Numbered from the stretch's first letter, positions 1 through 10,077 are shown. The stretch is DNA of 22,489 nt from Desulfobacterales bacterium (GCA_046483495.1 JAWODC010000032.1:1-22489); one strand, 5' to 3'. Notes: generated from the letters alone by a model not told the origin. Numbers and translations are program-made.

Positions 1-20
1 CTTGGATCAACACTACTCAT
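1..20 (-). CDS. Start of a gene running off the window (MSSVDP...), probably the HEPN/DUF86 toxin partner of the upstream nucleotidyltransferase
   Basis: On the minus strand the ATG (20-18) overlaps the TGA of the MNT gene (ATGA) and follows GGAGGA. Identity is inferred only from the usual MNT-HEPN gene pairing; just 6 codons are visible. Confidence 0.35.
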
Positions 21-335
21 TTAAAATCCTCCATCATTCCAGCGTCAAAATCTTTCACAATCTCCCTATAGTCTACCGAGAAATCACAGTAGCGTTTGGT
101 GACGTGCTCAACAAAATCGGCGTAGAGAATTTCATTCCGGCAGTATATCAGGCGGCCGGTTTTGAGTACTTCCATCTGAAGAATGATTGAAGACTTTCGC
201 AGATTGAGAATCTGTATACTTTCAGTTCCTGCGGCAGCGTTCAACGCTGCGGAGATCTTCAACTCCCGCATCAACTCCCAGTCTGATGCAGTTGGCATGG
301 GTAAAACCGCCACATCAATATCAGACATAGGGGGG
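17..335 (-). pseudogene. 5'-truncated minimal nucleotidyltransferase (MntA-type type VII TA antitoxin)
   Basis: Translation has SDIDVAVL (DxD) and ILNLRKSSIILQMEVLKTGRLIYCRNE, typical of MNT. The upstream FGS motif and N-terminus are missing, and the sequence switches to unrelated AtuA-like DNA at ~331-335. Confidence 0.7.
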
Positions 336-600
336 AAAAACGCCGCTCTCCTATGCATTTTTAGAGGCGTTTCTCACAGCAGACAAGCTCAAGGCCCTGT
401 TGCCGGATACAGCCCCATTTGCCATCGAGCGGTACGAACTGCCGAACCTCTTTGCCCTGAACTTCTATATCAAGGGCATACTGGGCGACGGCGTTTCCGC
501 CTCTCCGAGAATGGATCCTCAAGCGAAAACGCTGGGGGAATATTTAAGGGCCAAGGTTGTTGAAATGCCCGAGGTGCTGGTCTCCGCAAATATGACCTGA
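331..600 (+). pseudogene. 3' fragment of an AtuA (acyclic terpene utilisation, DUF1446) family gene
   Basis: Frame 1 reads GKTPLSYAFLEAFLTADKLKALLP...IERYELPNLFALNFYIKGILGDGVSASPRMDPQAKTLGEYLR, matching the AtuA C-terminal domain. There is an in-frame TAG at 328-330 and no proper N-terminus. Confidence 0.75.
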
Positions 601-681
601 ATCCGGATGCCGGTATTCAACCGAACCTACATGGTGGTTTCCGTGTCCGCGCAATTTGAACGTGATTTATTTCCTCATTAA

Positions 682-708
682 TGGCATAATAACGGCACCT
701 TTTCAGCA
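682..708 (+). promoter_or_regulatory. Possible sigma-54 (-24/-12) promoter upstream of the AOR gene
   Basis: Two overlapping GG-N10-GC matches: TGGCATAATAACGGCA (682-697) and CGGCACCTTTTCAGCA (693-708). Both lack the TT of the TTGC consensus. Confidence 0.25.
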
Positions 709-742
709 TCGCCGTTTGAAAAACTATGCCTGGAGGAAGCCC

Positions 743-2614
743 GTGAACGGATACCACGACAAAATCGCATGGATTGATCTCACCCGACAAACCGTTGACA
801 TAAAGCCCTTAGGCGATCGGGACGCCCGGAAATTTATCGGCGGCGGCGCACTCGGCGCCGCGTATCTCGCCCGCCTCACCGGGCCCCGAACCGATCCACT
901 GGCGGCGGAAAACCCGCTGATATTTATGACCGGCCCGTTTACGGCAACGCGGGTTCCGGCCTCTTCCCGCCACCAGGTGATCAGCCTGTCACCCCTGACC
1001 GGCATCTTTGCGGAAAGCAACTGCGGCGGTGATTTGGGATGGCTCCTCAAGCGATCCGGTTTCGACGGCATTGTCATCACGGGAGCCGCCCAACAGCCCG
1101 TCTCCATCATCATCGACGGCGACAGCATTCATTTCAGAGAAAGCCGGGACCTCTGGGGAAAGGATGCTTTTACGGTCGACGGGCTTCTGAAAGAAGAAAT
1201 CGATACCGGGGCGGTTACCGCCATTGTGGGACCTGCGGGCGAAAAGCAGGTAAAATTCGCTTCCATTTCCCACAACGGCCGCCATACCCGGGCTGCCGGG
1301 CGCTGTGGCCTCGGCGCTGTGATGGGCGCCAAAAAACTGAAATCATTAGTGGTTACGGCAAAAGGCGGCGCCGACGTTCCGGTGGCGGATGCTCAGGGCC
1401 TCAAACAGTCGGTAGCCGACGTGCTGAAGATCATCCGGGAGCGTTTGGGCGATTTCGGCAAAATGGGCACACCGGGCGGTGTGATCAACTATAATCGATT
1501 GGGAAACCTGCCGATCAACAACTGGCGAACGGCCCAGCACACCGCCATAGCGGAAAAAACAACCGGCGCCCGCCTAAAGGATACGCTCACGATCAAGCGG
1601 TCTGGTTGCCGTTTTTGTCCCATTCACTGCGGCCGGCTCGTTCAAAATGAACGGGGACCGTTTGCCCTGGACGGCATCCAGGAGGGGCCGGAATACGAAA
1701 CGCTGGCCGCGTTCGGCAGCTTGTGCATGATCGATGATCTTGAAGCCATCGCAAAGGCGAACGAGATCTGCAATCGGATGGGAATGGACACGATCAGCAC
1801 GGGCAGCGTGCTGGCATTTGCCATGGAGTGCGTTGAAAACGGCGTCATTTCCGAAAAAGATCTGGACGGCGTGGATCTGGCCTTCGGCAGGCCTGAAGGC
1901 ATGGTGGCGATGGTTGAGCGCATCGCACACCGAAAAGGCGAACTTGCCGCACTGCTCGGAGAGGGCCTGCGAAAGGCAAGCCGGATACTCGGCCGTGGCA
2001 GTGACGCCTATGCCATGCATGTGAAGGGGCTGGAGTTTCCCATGCATGATCCCCGATTTTCCTGGGGTCACGCCATTTCCTATGCCACCAGCAACCGCGG
2101 CGCCTGTCACTTGAGCAGCCTTTCCCATCCCTTCGAACTTGCCGTTGCCCTTCCGGAACTGGGATACGAAACACCCAGGCCGGGGCGCGACGCAGCCGGA
2201 AAGGCCCAATGGACCATACACCTGCAGCACCTGATGAATATCCTGGATGCGCTGTGCATCTGCAAATTTTCCATGCTCAACAATGCCGTGACGCTGACGC
2301 ACATCAAGCAGTGGTACGCCGCGATCACCGGCATCGACCCGCCGCTCGATGACTTTATGGCATCGGGGGAAAGGTCATTCACCCTGAAGCGGATGATCAA
2401 CAACCGGCGGGGTATCCGCCGAAAGGACGACAGGCTGCCCCCGCGTATGCTGACGTTGAAAAAGCAGGGGGGAGACATCGATTTCGATGTCCCTCCGGTT
2501 TTCAGCATGCTCGATGAATATTATAAAATTCGGGGGTGGACGGAAGAGGGGTGCCCAACGCCCGAGGTGATCCGGCGCCTTGGGCTGGATGAATTTCTCG
2601 AAACGGAGAGCTGA
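743..2614 (+). CDS. aor: Aldehyde:ferredoxin oxidoreductase family protein (tungstopterin, 4Fe-4S)
   Basis: Motifs AAGRCGLGAVMGAKKLK, CRFCPIHC, GPEYET, DTISTG and SNRGACHL. GTG at 743 follows GGAGG (732-736), giving MNGYHDKIAWIDL; this start is preferred over TTG 656. Confidence 0.92.
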   Translation: MNGYHDKIAWIDLTRQTVDIKPLGDRDARKFIGGGALGAAYLARLTGPRTDPLAAENPLIFMTGPFTATRVPASSRHQVISLSPLTGIFAESNCGGDLGWLLKRSGFDGIVITGAAQQPVSIIIDGDSIHFRESRDLWGKDAFTVDGLLKEEIDTGAVTAIVGPAGEKQVKFASISHNGRHTRAAGRCGLGAVMGAKKLKSLVVTAKGGADVPVADAQGLKQSVADVLKIIRERLGDFGKMGTPGGVINYNRLGNLPINNWRTAQHTAIAEKTTGARLKDTLTIKRSGCRFCPIHCGRLVQNERGPFALDGIQEGPEYETLAAFGSLCMIDDLEAIAKANEICNRMGMDTISTGSVLAFAMECVENGVISEKDLDGVDLAFGRPEGMVAMVERIAHRKGELAALLGEGLRKASRILGRGSDAYAMHVKGLEFPMHDPRFSWGHAISYATSNRGACHLSSLSHPFELAVALPELGYETPRPGRDAAGKAQWTIHLQHLMNILDALCICKFSMLNNAVTLTHIKQWYAAITGIDPPLDDFMASGERSFTLKRMINNRRGIRRKDDRLPPRMLTLKKQGGDIDFDVPPVFSMLDEYYKIRGWTEEGCPTPEVIRRLGLDEFLETES

Positions 2615-2694
2615 AATAAAACGTATGAACGGATAATTGATGAACCAAAACCAATACAGTTATAAAAAGACTCGACACTATCGGGAGAAGGGCT

Positions 2695-3360
2695 ATGAAG
2701 CCTCTGTATTTCCTTGGCAAAATGGTGCTTGTTACATTTATTTTAGTATCCCTTCAAGGTGGAATAAAAGGCCGTTCGGATGATAGCCCATCGGAGCGGT
2801 CCGGGAATAGAGAACTAAAACGGGCGGTTTTGGCAGGGGGATGCTTCTGGTGTATGGAAGCTGATTTTGAAAAACGTAAAGGCGTTCGATCTGTAGTGTC
2901 CGGTTATGCCGGTGGAACAGGTGAAAATCCAACTTATGAAAATTATGCTGAAAAGGGATACATCGAAGCGGTCAGAATAACCTATGATCCTGCCACGGTC
3001 ACTTATGAAGAGCTGTTGGATTTTTTCTGGGTGCGGATCGATCCGGTGGATGATAAAGGCCAATTTTGCGATCGAGGCCATGAATATACCTCCGCCGTAT
3101 TTTATGTAAACAACCGACAGAAACAGCTTGCGGAAGAATCGAAAACCGTTTTGGCAAATTCCGGTGTTCTCAAGAGGCCTGTCGCCACTAAAATTCTTCC
3201 CTCGGATAACTTTTTCCCGGCCGAAAAATACCACCAGCAATATTACGAGAAGCATTGGATCAGGTACAAATTTTATCGATTGACCTGCGGCAGGGATAGC
3301 CGATTGGATGAGCTATGGGGGGGTGCTGAAATGTTAAAAGATGTTCTTAAGAAGAAGTGA
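2695..3360 (+). CDS. msrA: Peptide-methionine (S)-S-oxide reductase with N-terminal signal/anchor
   Basis: AGGCFWCME catalytic motif, SGYAGG, GQFCDRG, FFPAEKYHQQYY; hydrophobic N-terminal segment. Confidence 0.93.
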   Translation: MKPLYFLGKMVLVTFILVSLQGGIKGRSDDSPSERSGNRELKRAVLAGGCFWCMEADFEKRKGVRSVVSGYAGGTGENPTYENYAEKGYIEAVRITYDPATVTYEELLDFFWVRIDPVDDKGQFCDRGHEYTSAVFYVNNRQKQLAEESKTVLANSGVLKRPVATKILPSDNFFPAEKYHQQYYEKHWIRYKFYRLTCGRDSRLDELWGGAEMLKDVLKKK

Positions 3361-3478
3361 TCCTGAGTAGAATCAGGGACGGCAACAGCTTGGAAAATGA
3401 CTTGGCGAGGTCCGACACATTCCAGAAGGTCGCCGATGCATGCTTCTCCGGCTTTCCGGCATGAAATCGGGCCGCATC

Positions 3479-4177
3479 TTAATGGATGGCCTGCGGCATT
3501 CGGATATTTCGAAGGCGCGAAAGCATTGATTCGATGCGGCCCCGATGTTCCGGCGGCACCAGCAAAACGGGAATAGGGCGGTTCGTGATAAGAAAACCAC
3601 CGGGTTTTAAATCGTGCGCCATCGCATTTACATGGCGGTTGTGCGCCGATGCCAGGTGCGTCATCATATCGGATAAGTTGCCGAAAAGTCCGCCGGTATC
3701 GATATGCTCGATTAGCTGCAAAAAAACCGTGTTAACCGTCACCACATAGGGATCGATATCGGCAAATCCGGTTTTCCGGCAATCTTGCCGCGAAAAAAAG
3801 CACCGGCAGCCAAAGGGCCTGGCCGGGTAGATCATGCACAGATCATCCGATAAAAAGGGGCACGGGGCTCCGGGTGTGATTGTCCCCTCATCGGGAGGGT
3901 CTTCACCCATTGCGCATAGAGCTGCCAGACCGTTGGTGGAGACGGCGGGCCGGAACCGGTGTTGGTGTTCATCGCGGCCGATACGATCAAGACAATCCAA
4001 CCGCCCTTCCGTCGACAAATACCGGTAAATGCGAATGCCTTCGAGGGTCGTCATGGTAACGTTTCGCGTGCAGCAGTCGGCACAGCGGCGTGTGCATGCG
4101 ACGTCAAGCGTTGCTGCAAAGTCGTCATAAATGTGCAATACTTGCTCGAGAGCGTGATTTCTTGAATCGTCGTCCAT
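3479..4177 (-). CDS. YkgJ-family (CxxxCxxCC) Zn/Fe-S cluster protein
   Basis: ACTRRCADCC, CPFL, CMIYPARPFGCRCF. Confidence 0.85.
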   Translation of the reverse strand: MDDDSRNHALEQVLHIYDDFAATLDVACTRRCADCCTRNVTMTTLEGIRIYRYLSTEGRLDCLDRIGRDEHQHRFRPAVSTNGLAALCAMGEDPPDEGTITPGAPCPFLSDDLCMIYPARPFGCRCFFSRQDCRKTGFADIDPYVVTVNTVFLQLIEHIDTGGLFGNLSDMMTHLASAHNRHVNAMAHDLKPGGFLITNRPIPVLLVPPEHRGRIESMLSRLRNIRMPQAIH

Positions 4178-4210
4178 TCAATTCCAATCTTTGTAACATT
4201 AACCCATACT

Positions 4211-4693
4211 TTACTGCTTGTAGCCGATGGCCCGCAAAAAACCTTTCCGTTTTTCGATATCATCCTCCGATTCAATTCCCTTGGATTTGAATCCGTCGAC
4301 TACTCCCAGAATGCCGTTTCCCTGATCGGTTTGGGCGAGAATGACCTCTACCGGATTTGCCGTGGCGCAATAAATGCGGCAGACTTCCGGGACGTTTTTA
4401 ACGGCATTCAACACGTTGATGGGAAAGGCGTCTTTCATGAATATGATGAATGTGTGCCCGGCCGACAGTGTATAGGCGTTCTTTTTTGCCAGCTCGATGA
4501 GGGCGTCATCGGTTCCCGCATAACGCACCAGGCAATCCTGGGATGCTTCGCAAAATGCCAGGCCGAATGGGATGCCCGGAACGCCGGTGACCATGACCTC
4601 GTAAAGGTCTTCCACCGTCTTGATAAAATGAGAATGCCCCAGAATGATATTCAATTCATCCGGATTTTCAATTTTGACGGTCTTGATCTCCAT
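4211..4693 (-). CDS. Adenosine-specific kinase family protein (DUF355/PAE2307-like)
   Basis: NIILGHSHFIKTVEDLYE, FGLAFCEAS, AGHTF, PEVCRIYCATANP, GILGVVDG; RBS GGAGG-like upstream. Confidence 0.88.
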   Translation of the reverse strand: MEIKTVKIENPDELNIILGHSHFIKTVEDLYEVMVTGVPGIPFGLAFCEASQDCLVRYAGTDDALIELAKKNAYTLSAGHTFIIFMKDAFPINVLNAVKNVPEVCRIYCATANPVEVILAQTDQGNGILGVVDGFKSKGIESEDDIEKRKGFLRAIGYKQ

Positions 4694-7600
4694 GGTTCTC
4701 CTCCTTGGTCTTATCGATAATCGGTTGTATTACTTTGACGGGCAGTTTGAGTGTATTCTCCAGGATTTTAAGAAATCCCCCACCGATGGCAGACGGCGGC
4801 AGCGGAATGATTTCCGGGTCGGCGATGTCGCCCTTGATGTCGATGGCAATGGTGACGAGATTGCCTTCGAGAATTTCATTTACAATGGGTGTTTTCTGCA
4901 CGATGAAATCCACTGTCTTAAGCGGGGCCACCAACAGGGTGATGTCCAGAATACCCGACCTGATATTCAGGTTGCCTCGAAACAGCATGTTCATGGCATC
5001 GGCATCGATCAGGGCCTTGGAGATCGTCAACGTTTCACCGGCAATTGTCCCTGAAATATCGATGCTTTGGTACTGAAAGCCCTCCCGGGTAAGGTCCGGA
5101 AGGGTGCCCCTGAAGATTTCGGTGATATTTAAAATGGAAAACAGCTTGGCCAAAAGGCCGAACCGGTATATGCGGCCTTTGCCGGCGGTCAACTCAAAAT
5201 CGCCGGCCATCGCCGGCCATAACGCATCATAAGGCCCTTGTGCGGTAACGGTTCCGGAGATGTCGACGTTTCCCCGGATTAAGCCGTCTTTGCCGCCCAA
5301 GCAGGGAATCATGTCTGCCAGAGGCTGCTTTTCCGCAATGGGAAGAAGACTCATGTGAATGCTCTTGGGGGTTAAATGAATTTCCCCGGAGGTGGTGATG
5401 CCACACAAATCGGAATGGTTGATCTCAACGTCGATGTGTTCGGGCAAAACGGCGACATTTGCATGAACCGGCATCCAGGAGTATGCGCCGAAATCCATTC
5501 GGGGTGCGGTGACGGTCAGATTCCATGCAACCTCGGCATCGTAGAAACGTTCGCGCCCGTCGGGTCCTTTTTCCGGGGGTAAACGGCGTATGTGGTCGAT
5601 AAGCCGGTTTACGTCCAGAAGGTCGTCAAAAGAAATATCGAACCGGCCGAGCATGCCGCTGCCGTGGGGCAGGATCGTGCCGTCCAGGAGAAATGTCTCC
5701 CCGCTGTTTAATGTGCATTGCGCCCGGATCACGGGGTCGCCGTTTTGACCGGTAATAAGAGCCTTTTTGACAACAGCGGGAAAATGAAGGCGGTCCGTTG
5801 CATCGAAATCGGCAAATTCCGCCCGCCCAATAAATACGGGTTTTTTGGAAAAATCGGAGGTGAAATTCACTTGAAAATCGCCGTCCACCAAAAACGGGCG
5901 GTCCAGAAAGCCCTCCAGGCAACCGGGTGTCAATCGGCCGTTGAATTGCATTTCGTGCAGGCTGTTTTTTCGGTGGAAGGTTATGGCGGCATCGGAATCC
6001 CCGGCTTTTATCACCAGGTTTTTAATGGACAACGCTTCGTTCGTATGGAGAAGATCGATCGACAGTTCCGGTCCGTGCGGGGCTGATGCAGAGGCCTTGA
6101 CATGCAGCATTTCACCGGGATTCCACACGATGGACGATTGGTGAAGGCGCCATTTTCCGGGAGGAATGTTTATGGGCCCAAACCCGTCCGACGCATTCGG
6201 CATAAGTGTTTCCGGACGGATTTCTCCGGCGAGTTCGGCATTAACCTTTTCAAAGTGCCCCAATCGGCCGATCGCCTCGCATGATCCGGTCAAAGCGGTG
6301 CCGGAAGAGGAATACGTAAGGGAAGAAAATGACATGCGGTCATGGGCCGCCTCTATCCGGCCACGAACCCGAAGCTGCGAACGGGAATGATTCCAGCCGA
6401 TTTCCAGGTCATTTGTACTTCCTGATGTAGTGAAATGCCACTGATGCGGATGAAAAAGCGGACCGCCGAATTCGGTGCGGGAAAGAAAGAGGCTTCCTTC
6501 TGCATCGTTAATCGTGGAAAATGCATGCGGAACAGTGGAAAACGTTTTTATCCAATTCCATATTTCACGGGCGGAAACAGACAACTCGTCCGCCGATCCG
6601 CTGAAAGAGGGGAGGTCTTTCCATGCAAAGGCGACATCGAGATTCGAGATGGTGTTCGCTCCCATTTTACCGCTGATGCCGGTTAACCGGAGGCGGCGGT
6701 TTTCGTACCATAATTTTCCCCCTTTCACCATAAGGGGTAAAGGAGCTCTGCCGTAATCCACGTTCACTGCGAAATCATCGACCATCACGCGGGGTTTAAC
6801 CGAATGCCGCCGGCCTTCCAGCACCAGAGTTCCTGATGCCTTACCCGAGGTGGACGTAATCCGATTCATCTCCCTCCGGAAAGCGGCGTTTTTTATCAAA
6901 TCGGTGAGAATCGGAGGGATCTGGGAGGCATCTGTCGCTAGGCGGGTTTCAACGTATACCTCCGGGTCGTAACCGGCCATGCCGATGGAAAAACGTCCTT
7001 CCCACCCTGTAGCGCTTTTAAGGCTGCATTGAATATTTTTACCATGCAGAATACCGTTTTTCAGCTCCACATCACCGGAAACGTTCTCGAGATTTCGGTT
7101 TAAGCCCGGCGGTACAATCGTGCCGGAGATCATGTTGCCCTTCAGGCTGATATTTTCCACTTTCTTGAAATTTTCCGGACAATCGGCCGAGGCCCTGAAC
7201 GCAATAGTGGGAATGGCGCCGTCACGGATAATCGTAAATAACCGCTGAGTGGTTCTATACCGCCCTGCCAAAAGAAGGGCGGCTTCACGCATCCCGGAAA
7301 CATCGCTGATGGATCCGTCGATTTGCAGCAGGGCCATGGATGTCTTCCTGTCCCAGTTGAATCTGCCGGACAACAATGCATTCGGCTGTTTCAAAGCCAG
7401 ACGGTCTACGGTGATCCGGACCCGATCTGCGGTTTGCTGAAAATCACCATGAAACCGGCTGCAGGACAGGGATATGCGTTTTCCGCCGTCCGTTGCAAGC
7501 GTCAGTTCAGGGATCGTTCCTTTTATTTTCCCCCATACGTCCCTCCCTTTTCGTTGCTTGATCAGCAACTGGAAGTCTGAACGCAACCGGGAAACACGTG

Positions 7601-8315
7601 CATCGGAAAGGGGAATGACCTGATGGGGCGCATGGTCCAACCTGAAACCTTCGATATCGATCAGGGCTTGATCGATGCCGGCCCGCGAATTCATGGTGAT
7701 GTAAAAACGGGCGGTTTGCCAAAAACCGGATCGGCAGTTAACAGCGATTTTCAAATAACGGTCCGAGATTTTGATGTCTGCATCGATGGGAGACACCCGG
7801 TATATAGGCCGATTGCCGTCGGTGATCTCGATTTCGCCGCGGCTGAATGTGATGCGCATATCCGGAAGCTTCGACAAAGCGCTTTCACGCAGCCCTTGAA
7901 TGCGGGAAATGACTGCTTTCACCGAACGATCGTCCGGGTTTTTATCGGCCAACCAGTCGGCGGCCACTGTTGAGCGGAAACCCTCCAGTTTGATGACGCC
8001 GGCAATGAATTTACCCCTGAGCAGGGCCGTAATTTTCGGATACAGGCGAATGCCGGGCATCTGGATTTCCGCCTTTTCAGGAAGGGAAATGTTCACACCG
8101 CGAAGCGACAGATACGGTCGTGGAAACAACTGCAGGTCTACGGATTGGTAGGTGATATCACCGTCGATTTTCTTTTCAAGCGCTTCGACATACCCACCGG
8201 CCCGGGTGTCCATCCATATGGATCCGGCAGCGAGGACCAGCAGCAAAAATCCGAGGCCTGCAAGCACAACGAACCCGAAGATCCCGATAACGATATGTTT
8301 TCTGCTGAATCGCAT
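4668..8315 (-). CDS. AsmA/YhdP-like large envelope protein (probable bridge-like lipid transfer protein)
   Basis: 1215 aa with a single N-terminal TM helix and a long beta-rich body. AsmA-like C-terminus: GRIYRFGLLAKLFSILN...APLKTVDFIVQKTPIV...IKGDIADPEI. Confidence 0.8.
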   Translation of the reverse strand: MRFSRKHIVIGIFGFVVLAGLGFLLLVLAAGSIWMDTRAGGYVEALEKKIDGDITYQSVDLQLFPRPYLSLRGVNISLPEKAEIQMPGIRLYPKITALLRGKFIAGVIKLEGFRSTVAADWLADKNPDDRSVKAVISRIQGLRESALSKLPDMRITFSRGEIEITDGNRPIYRVSPIDADIKISDRYLKIAVNCRSGFWQTARFYITMNSRAGIDQALIDIEGFRLDHAPHQVIPLSDARVSRLRSDFQLLIKQRKGRDVWGKIKGTIPELTLATDGGKRISLSCSRFHGDFQQTADRVRITVDRLALKQPNALLSGRFNWDRKTSMALLQIDGSISDVSGMREAALLLAGRYRTTQRLFTIIRDGAIPTIAFRASADCPENFKKVENISLKGNMISGTIVPPGLNRNLENVSGDVELKNGILHGKNIQCSLKSATGWEGRFSIGMAGYDPEVYVETRLATDASQIPPILTDLIKNAAFRREMNRITSTSGKASGTLVLEGRRHSVKPRVMVDDFAVNVDYGRAPLPLMVKGGKLWYENRRLRLTGISGKMGANTISNLDVAFAWKDLPSFSGSADELSVSAREIWNWIKTFSTVPHAFSTINDAEGSLFLSRTEFGGPLFHPHQWHFTTSGSTNDLEIGWNHSRSQLRVRGRIEAAHDRMSFSSLTYSSSGTALTGSCEAIGRLGHFEKVNAELAGEIRPETLMPNASDGFGPINIPPGKWRLHQSSIVWNPGEMLHVKASASAPHGPELSIDLLHTNEALSIKNLVIKAGDSDAAITFHRKNSLHEMQFNGRLTPGCLEGFLDRPFLVDGDFQVNFTSDFSKKPVFIGRAEFADFDATDRLHFPAVVKKALITGQNGDPVIRAQCTLNSGETFLLDGTILPHGSGMLGRFDISFDDLLDVNRLIDHIRRLPPEKGPDGRERFYDAEVAWNLTVTAPRMDFGAYSWMPVHANVAVLPEHIDVEINHSDLCGITTSGEIHLTPKSIHMSLLPIAEKQPLADMIPCLGGKDGLIRGNVDISGTVTAQGPYDALWPAMAGDFELTAGKGRIYRFGLLAKLFSILNITEIFRGTLPDLTREGFQYQSIDISGTIAGETLTISKALIDADAMNMLFRGNLNIRSGILDITLLVAPLKTVDFIVQKTPIVNEILEGNLVTIAIDIKGDIADPEIIPLPPSAIGGGFLKILENTLKLPVKVIQPIIDKTKEENHGDQDRQN

Positions 8316-8486
8316 GGGTTCTTACTAATGGAAAAAAATAAAAAGTTCAACATACTTGACTTGTCCGCAAGGAATACTTAGATAAGGTAATGTAAATGAT
8401 GACAGCATGTCGGGCTGCCGGTAAGGTAACCGGTTTTGTCGGTGTGTCTGACGCTTTACCGCTTGGAATTTAAAGGAGAATAGCTG

Positions 8487-8696
8487 ATGCCGATTCATGA
8501 ATTTTCATGTACCCAGTGTGGCCGCGTATTTGAATATTTGATACTTTCCCCGAAAGACCCGGATCCCTGCTGCCCGGATTGCGGCAATACCGAGCTGAAA
8601 AGGCTCATGTCCGCCGGCAATGTGAGAGCCCATGGCATTCCGTCGGGATCCGGCGGGTTTACGCCCCCCAAATGCACCCCGGCCGGGGGCACCTGA
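8487..8696 (+). CDS. FmdB-family zinc-ribbon protein
   Basis: MPIHEFSCTQCGRVFE...CPDCG...LKRLMS; RBS AAGGAG upstream. Confidence 0.88.
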   Translation: MPIHEFSCTQCGRVFEYLILSPKDPDPCCPDCGNTELKRLMSAGNVRAHGIPSGSGGFTPPKCTPAGGT

Positions 8697-8843
8697 GGCA
8701 TTTAGACCTTAACCGGTCAGGATGACCTGTCATATCCATACAGCATAACGTTTCATTGCGTTTAGCATGACATAACGGAGTTTTCCTTTTTTTTTCCACG
8801 GGAATCACTGATGATGCGACTTGTCGGAGTCGAGGAGAAAGCG

Positions 8844-9779
8844 ATGAAAATATTTATATCGGGTTCATTGGCATATGACCGTATTATGGATTTTCCCGGA
8901 AAATTCGAAGATCATATTCTACCGGACAAAATTCATGTGTTGAACGTTTCATTCGAAGTCAACGGGTTAACGGAAAATTTCGGCGGGACCGCCGGCAATA
9001 TTGCGTATTCGCTTGCTCTACTCGGAGAAAAACCCACGATATTGGCAGCCGTTGGGAAAGACTTTGACCGGTATGGTGAATGGCTGATGCAAAACGGAAT
9101 CGATCTGTCCGGCATTGCACGGCGACCGGATGAATTTACATCGGGGGCGTATATCACGACCGATCTGTCCGACAACCAAATTACCGGGTTCAATCCCGGC
9201 GCCATGAAGTTCCCGTCCAAATATGCGTTCGATGGTGTCGATCCCCGAAACACACTGGCGATCGTATCCCCGGGCAATGCGGAGGACATGCTGGTTTACA
9301 GCCGGACCTATAAACAAATGGGGATTGGCTTTATCTTCGATCCGGGGCAGCAGATCCCGGTCCTGCCTGCAGAAGAGATTGCTGAAATGATCGATGGATC
9401 ACGGGTGCTGATTACCAATGATTATGAATTGGATATGATAAAAAAGATGACCGGGCTCACGATAGAGGGGCTTTTAGGCCGAACACGGGCGATCATAACG
9501 ACATTGGGGGAGAAGGGATCCGTCATACTGGACAGCCGGGGAGAAGAGCGCATACCTGTCGTAAAGACGGATAATGTGGTGGATCCCACCGGTGCCGGTG
9601 ACGCCTACCGATCAGGGCTGATTAAAGGAATGGTCATGGGAAAAACGCTTTCGGAATCCGCCCGCATCGGCGCTGCCTGCGCGGCCTACGCGGTGGAGTG
9701 CTACGGCACTCAGGAGCATCGGTTTACACCGGAAGAATTTTGGAACCGGTACCGTGAGTATTTTAACCTCATAAGATAA
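8844..9779 (+). CDS. PfkB/ribokinase-family kinase, adenosine/nucleoside kinase type
   Basis: SGSLAYDRIM, FGGTAGNIAY, NQITGFNPGAM, NDYE, VDPTGAGDAYR. ATG 8844 follows GAGGAG. Confidence 0.9.
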   Translation: MKIFISGSLAYDRIMDFPGKFEDHILPDKIHVLNVSFEVNGLTENFGGTAGNIAYSLALLGEKPTILAAVGKDFDRYGEWLMQNGIDLSGIARRPDEFTSGAYITTDLSDNQITGFNPGAMKFPSKYAFDGVDPRNTLAIVSPGNAEDMLVYSRTYKQMGIGFIFDPGQQIPVLPAEEIAEMIDGSRVLITNDYELDMIKKMTGLTIEGLLGRTRAIITTLGEKGSVILDSRGEERIPVVKTDNVVDPTGAGDAYRSGLIKGMVMGKTLSESARIGAACAAYAVECYGTQEHRFTPEEFWNRYREYFNLIR

Positions 9780-9840
9780 ATCACATTCAACCGGAGGGAA
9801 TTGAATAAAAACAATGCCCTCGGGATTAGAAAGGGAAAAC

Positions 9841-10077
9841 GTGAGCGACATTCGAATGACCGGCGAGATGAGAACCGATTACGAGTGCGAAGTCACCGGT
9901 CTCCCGGCGGAAAGATGGGGGGAAGCGCTTTTTAACATCGGCGATGAGGAGCTGGTAATCGAGGTAAGCGTGGAGAAAGATGTGACCATCGGCATCATGG
10001 CGGGCGAGGATGCCGTGTGGAAAGGCACGCTTGCGGGGCTGAAAACGCTGCTCAGAGACGCCGTTAAAGGTTCCTGA
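9841..10077 (+). CDS. Small acidic hypothetical protein
   Basis: Co-oriented with the kinase and coding-like (MSDIRMTGEMRTDYECEVTGLPAERWGEALF...). Start uncertain (9814, 9841 or 9856). Confidence 0.65.
   Translation: MSDIRMTGEMRTDYECEVTGLPAERWGEALFNIGDEELVIEVSVEKDVTIGIMAGEDAVWKGTLAGLKTLLRDAVKGS

Noticed and set aside
183..563. 126-aa plus-strand ORF
   Set aside because: It is composed of MNT antisense sequence plus an off-frame reading of the AtuA fragment.
656..742. ORF-track N-terminal extension of AOR, and similar extensions at 8811, 14738, 16205, 18567 and 19800
   Set aside because: Downstream starts fit the family N-termini better and mostly have clearer RBSs.
8697..8843. Possible riboswitch before the nucleoside kinase (small hairpin, T-run)
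   Set aside because: No recognisable purine, SAM or SAH aptamer consensus, and no strong stem before the T-run.
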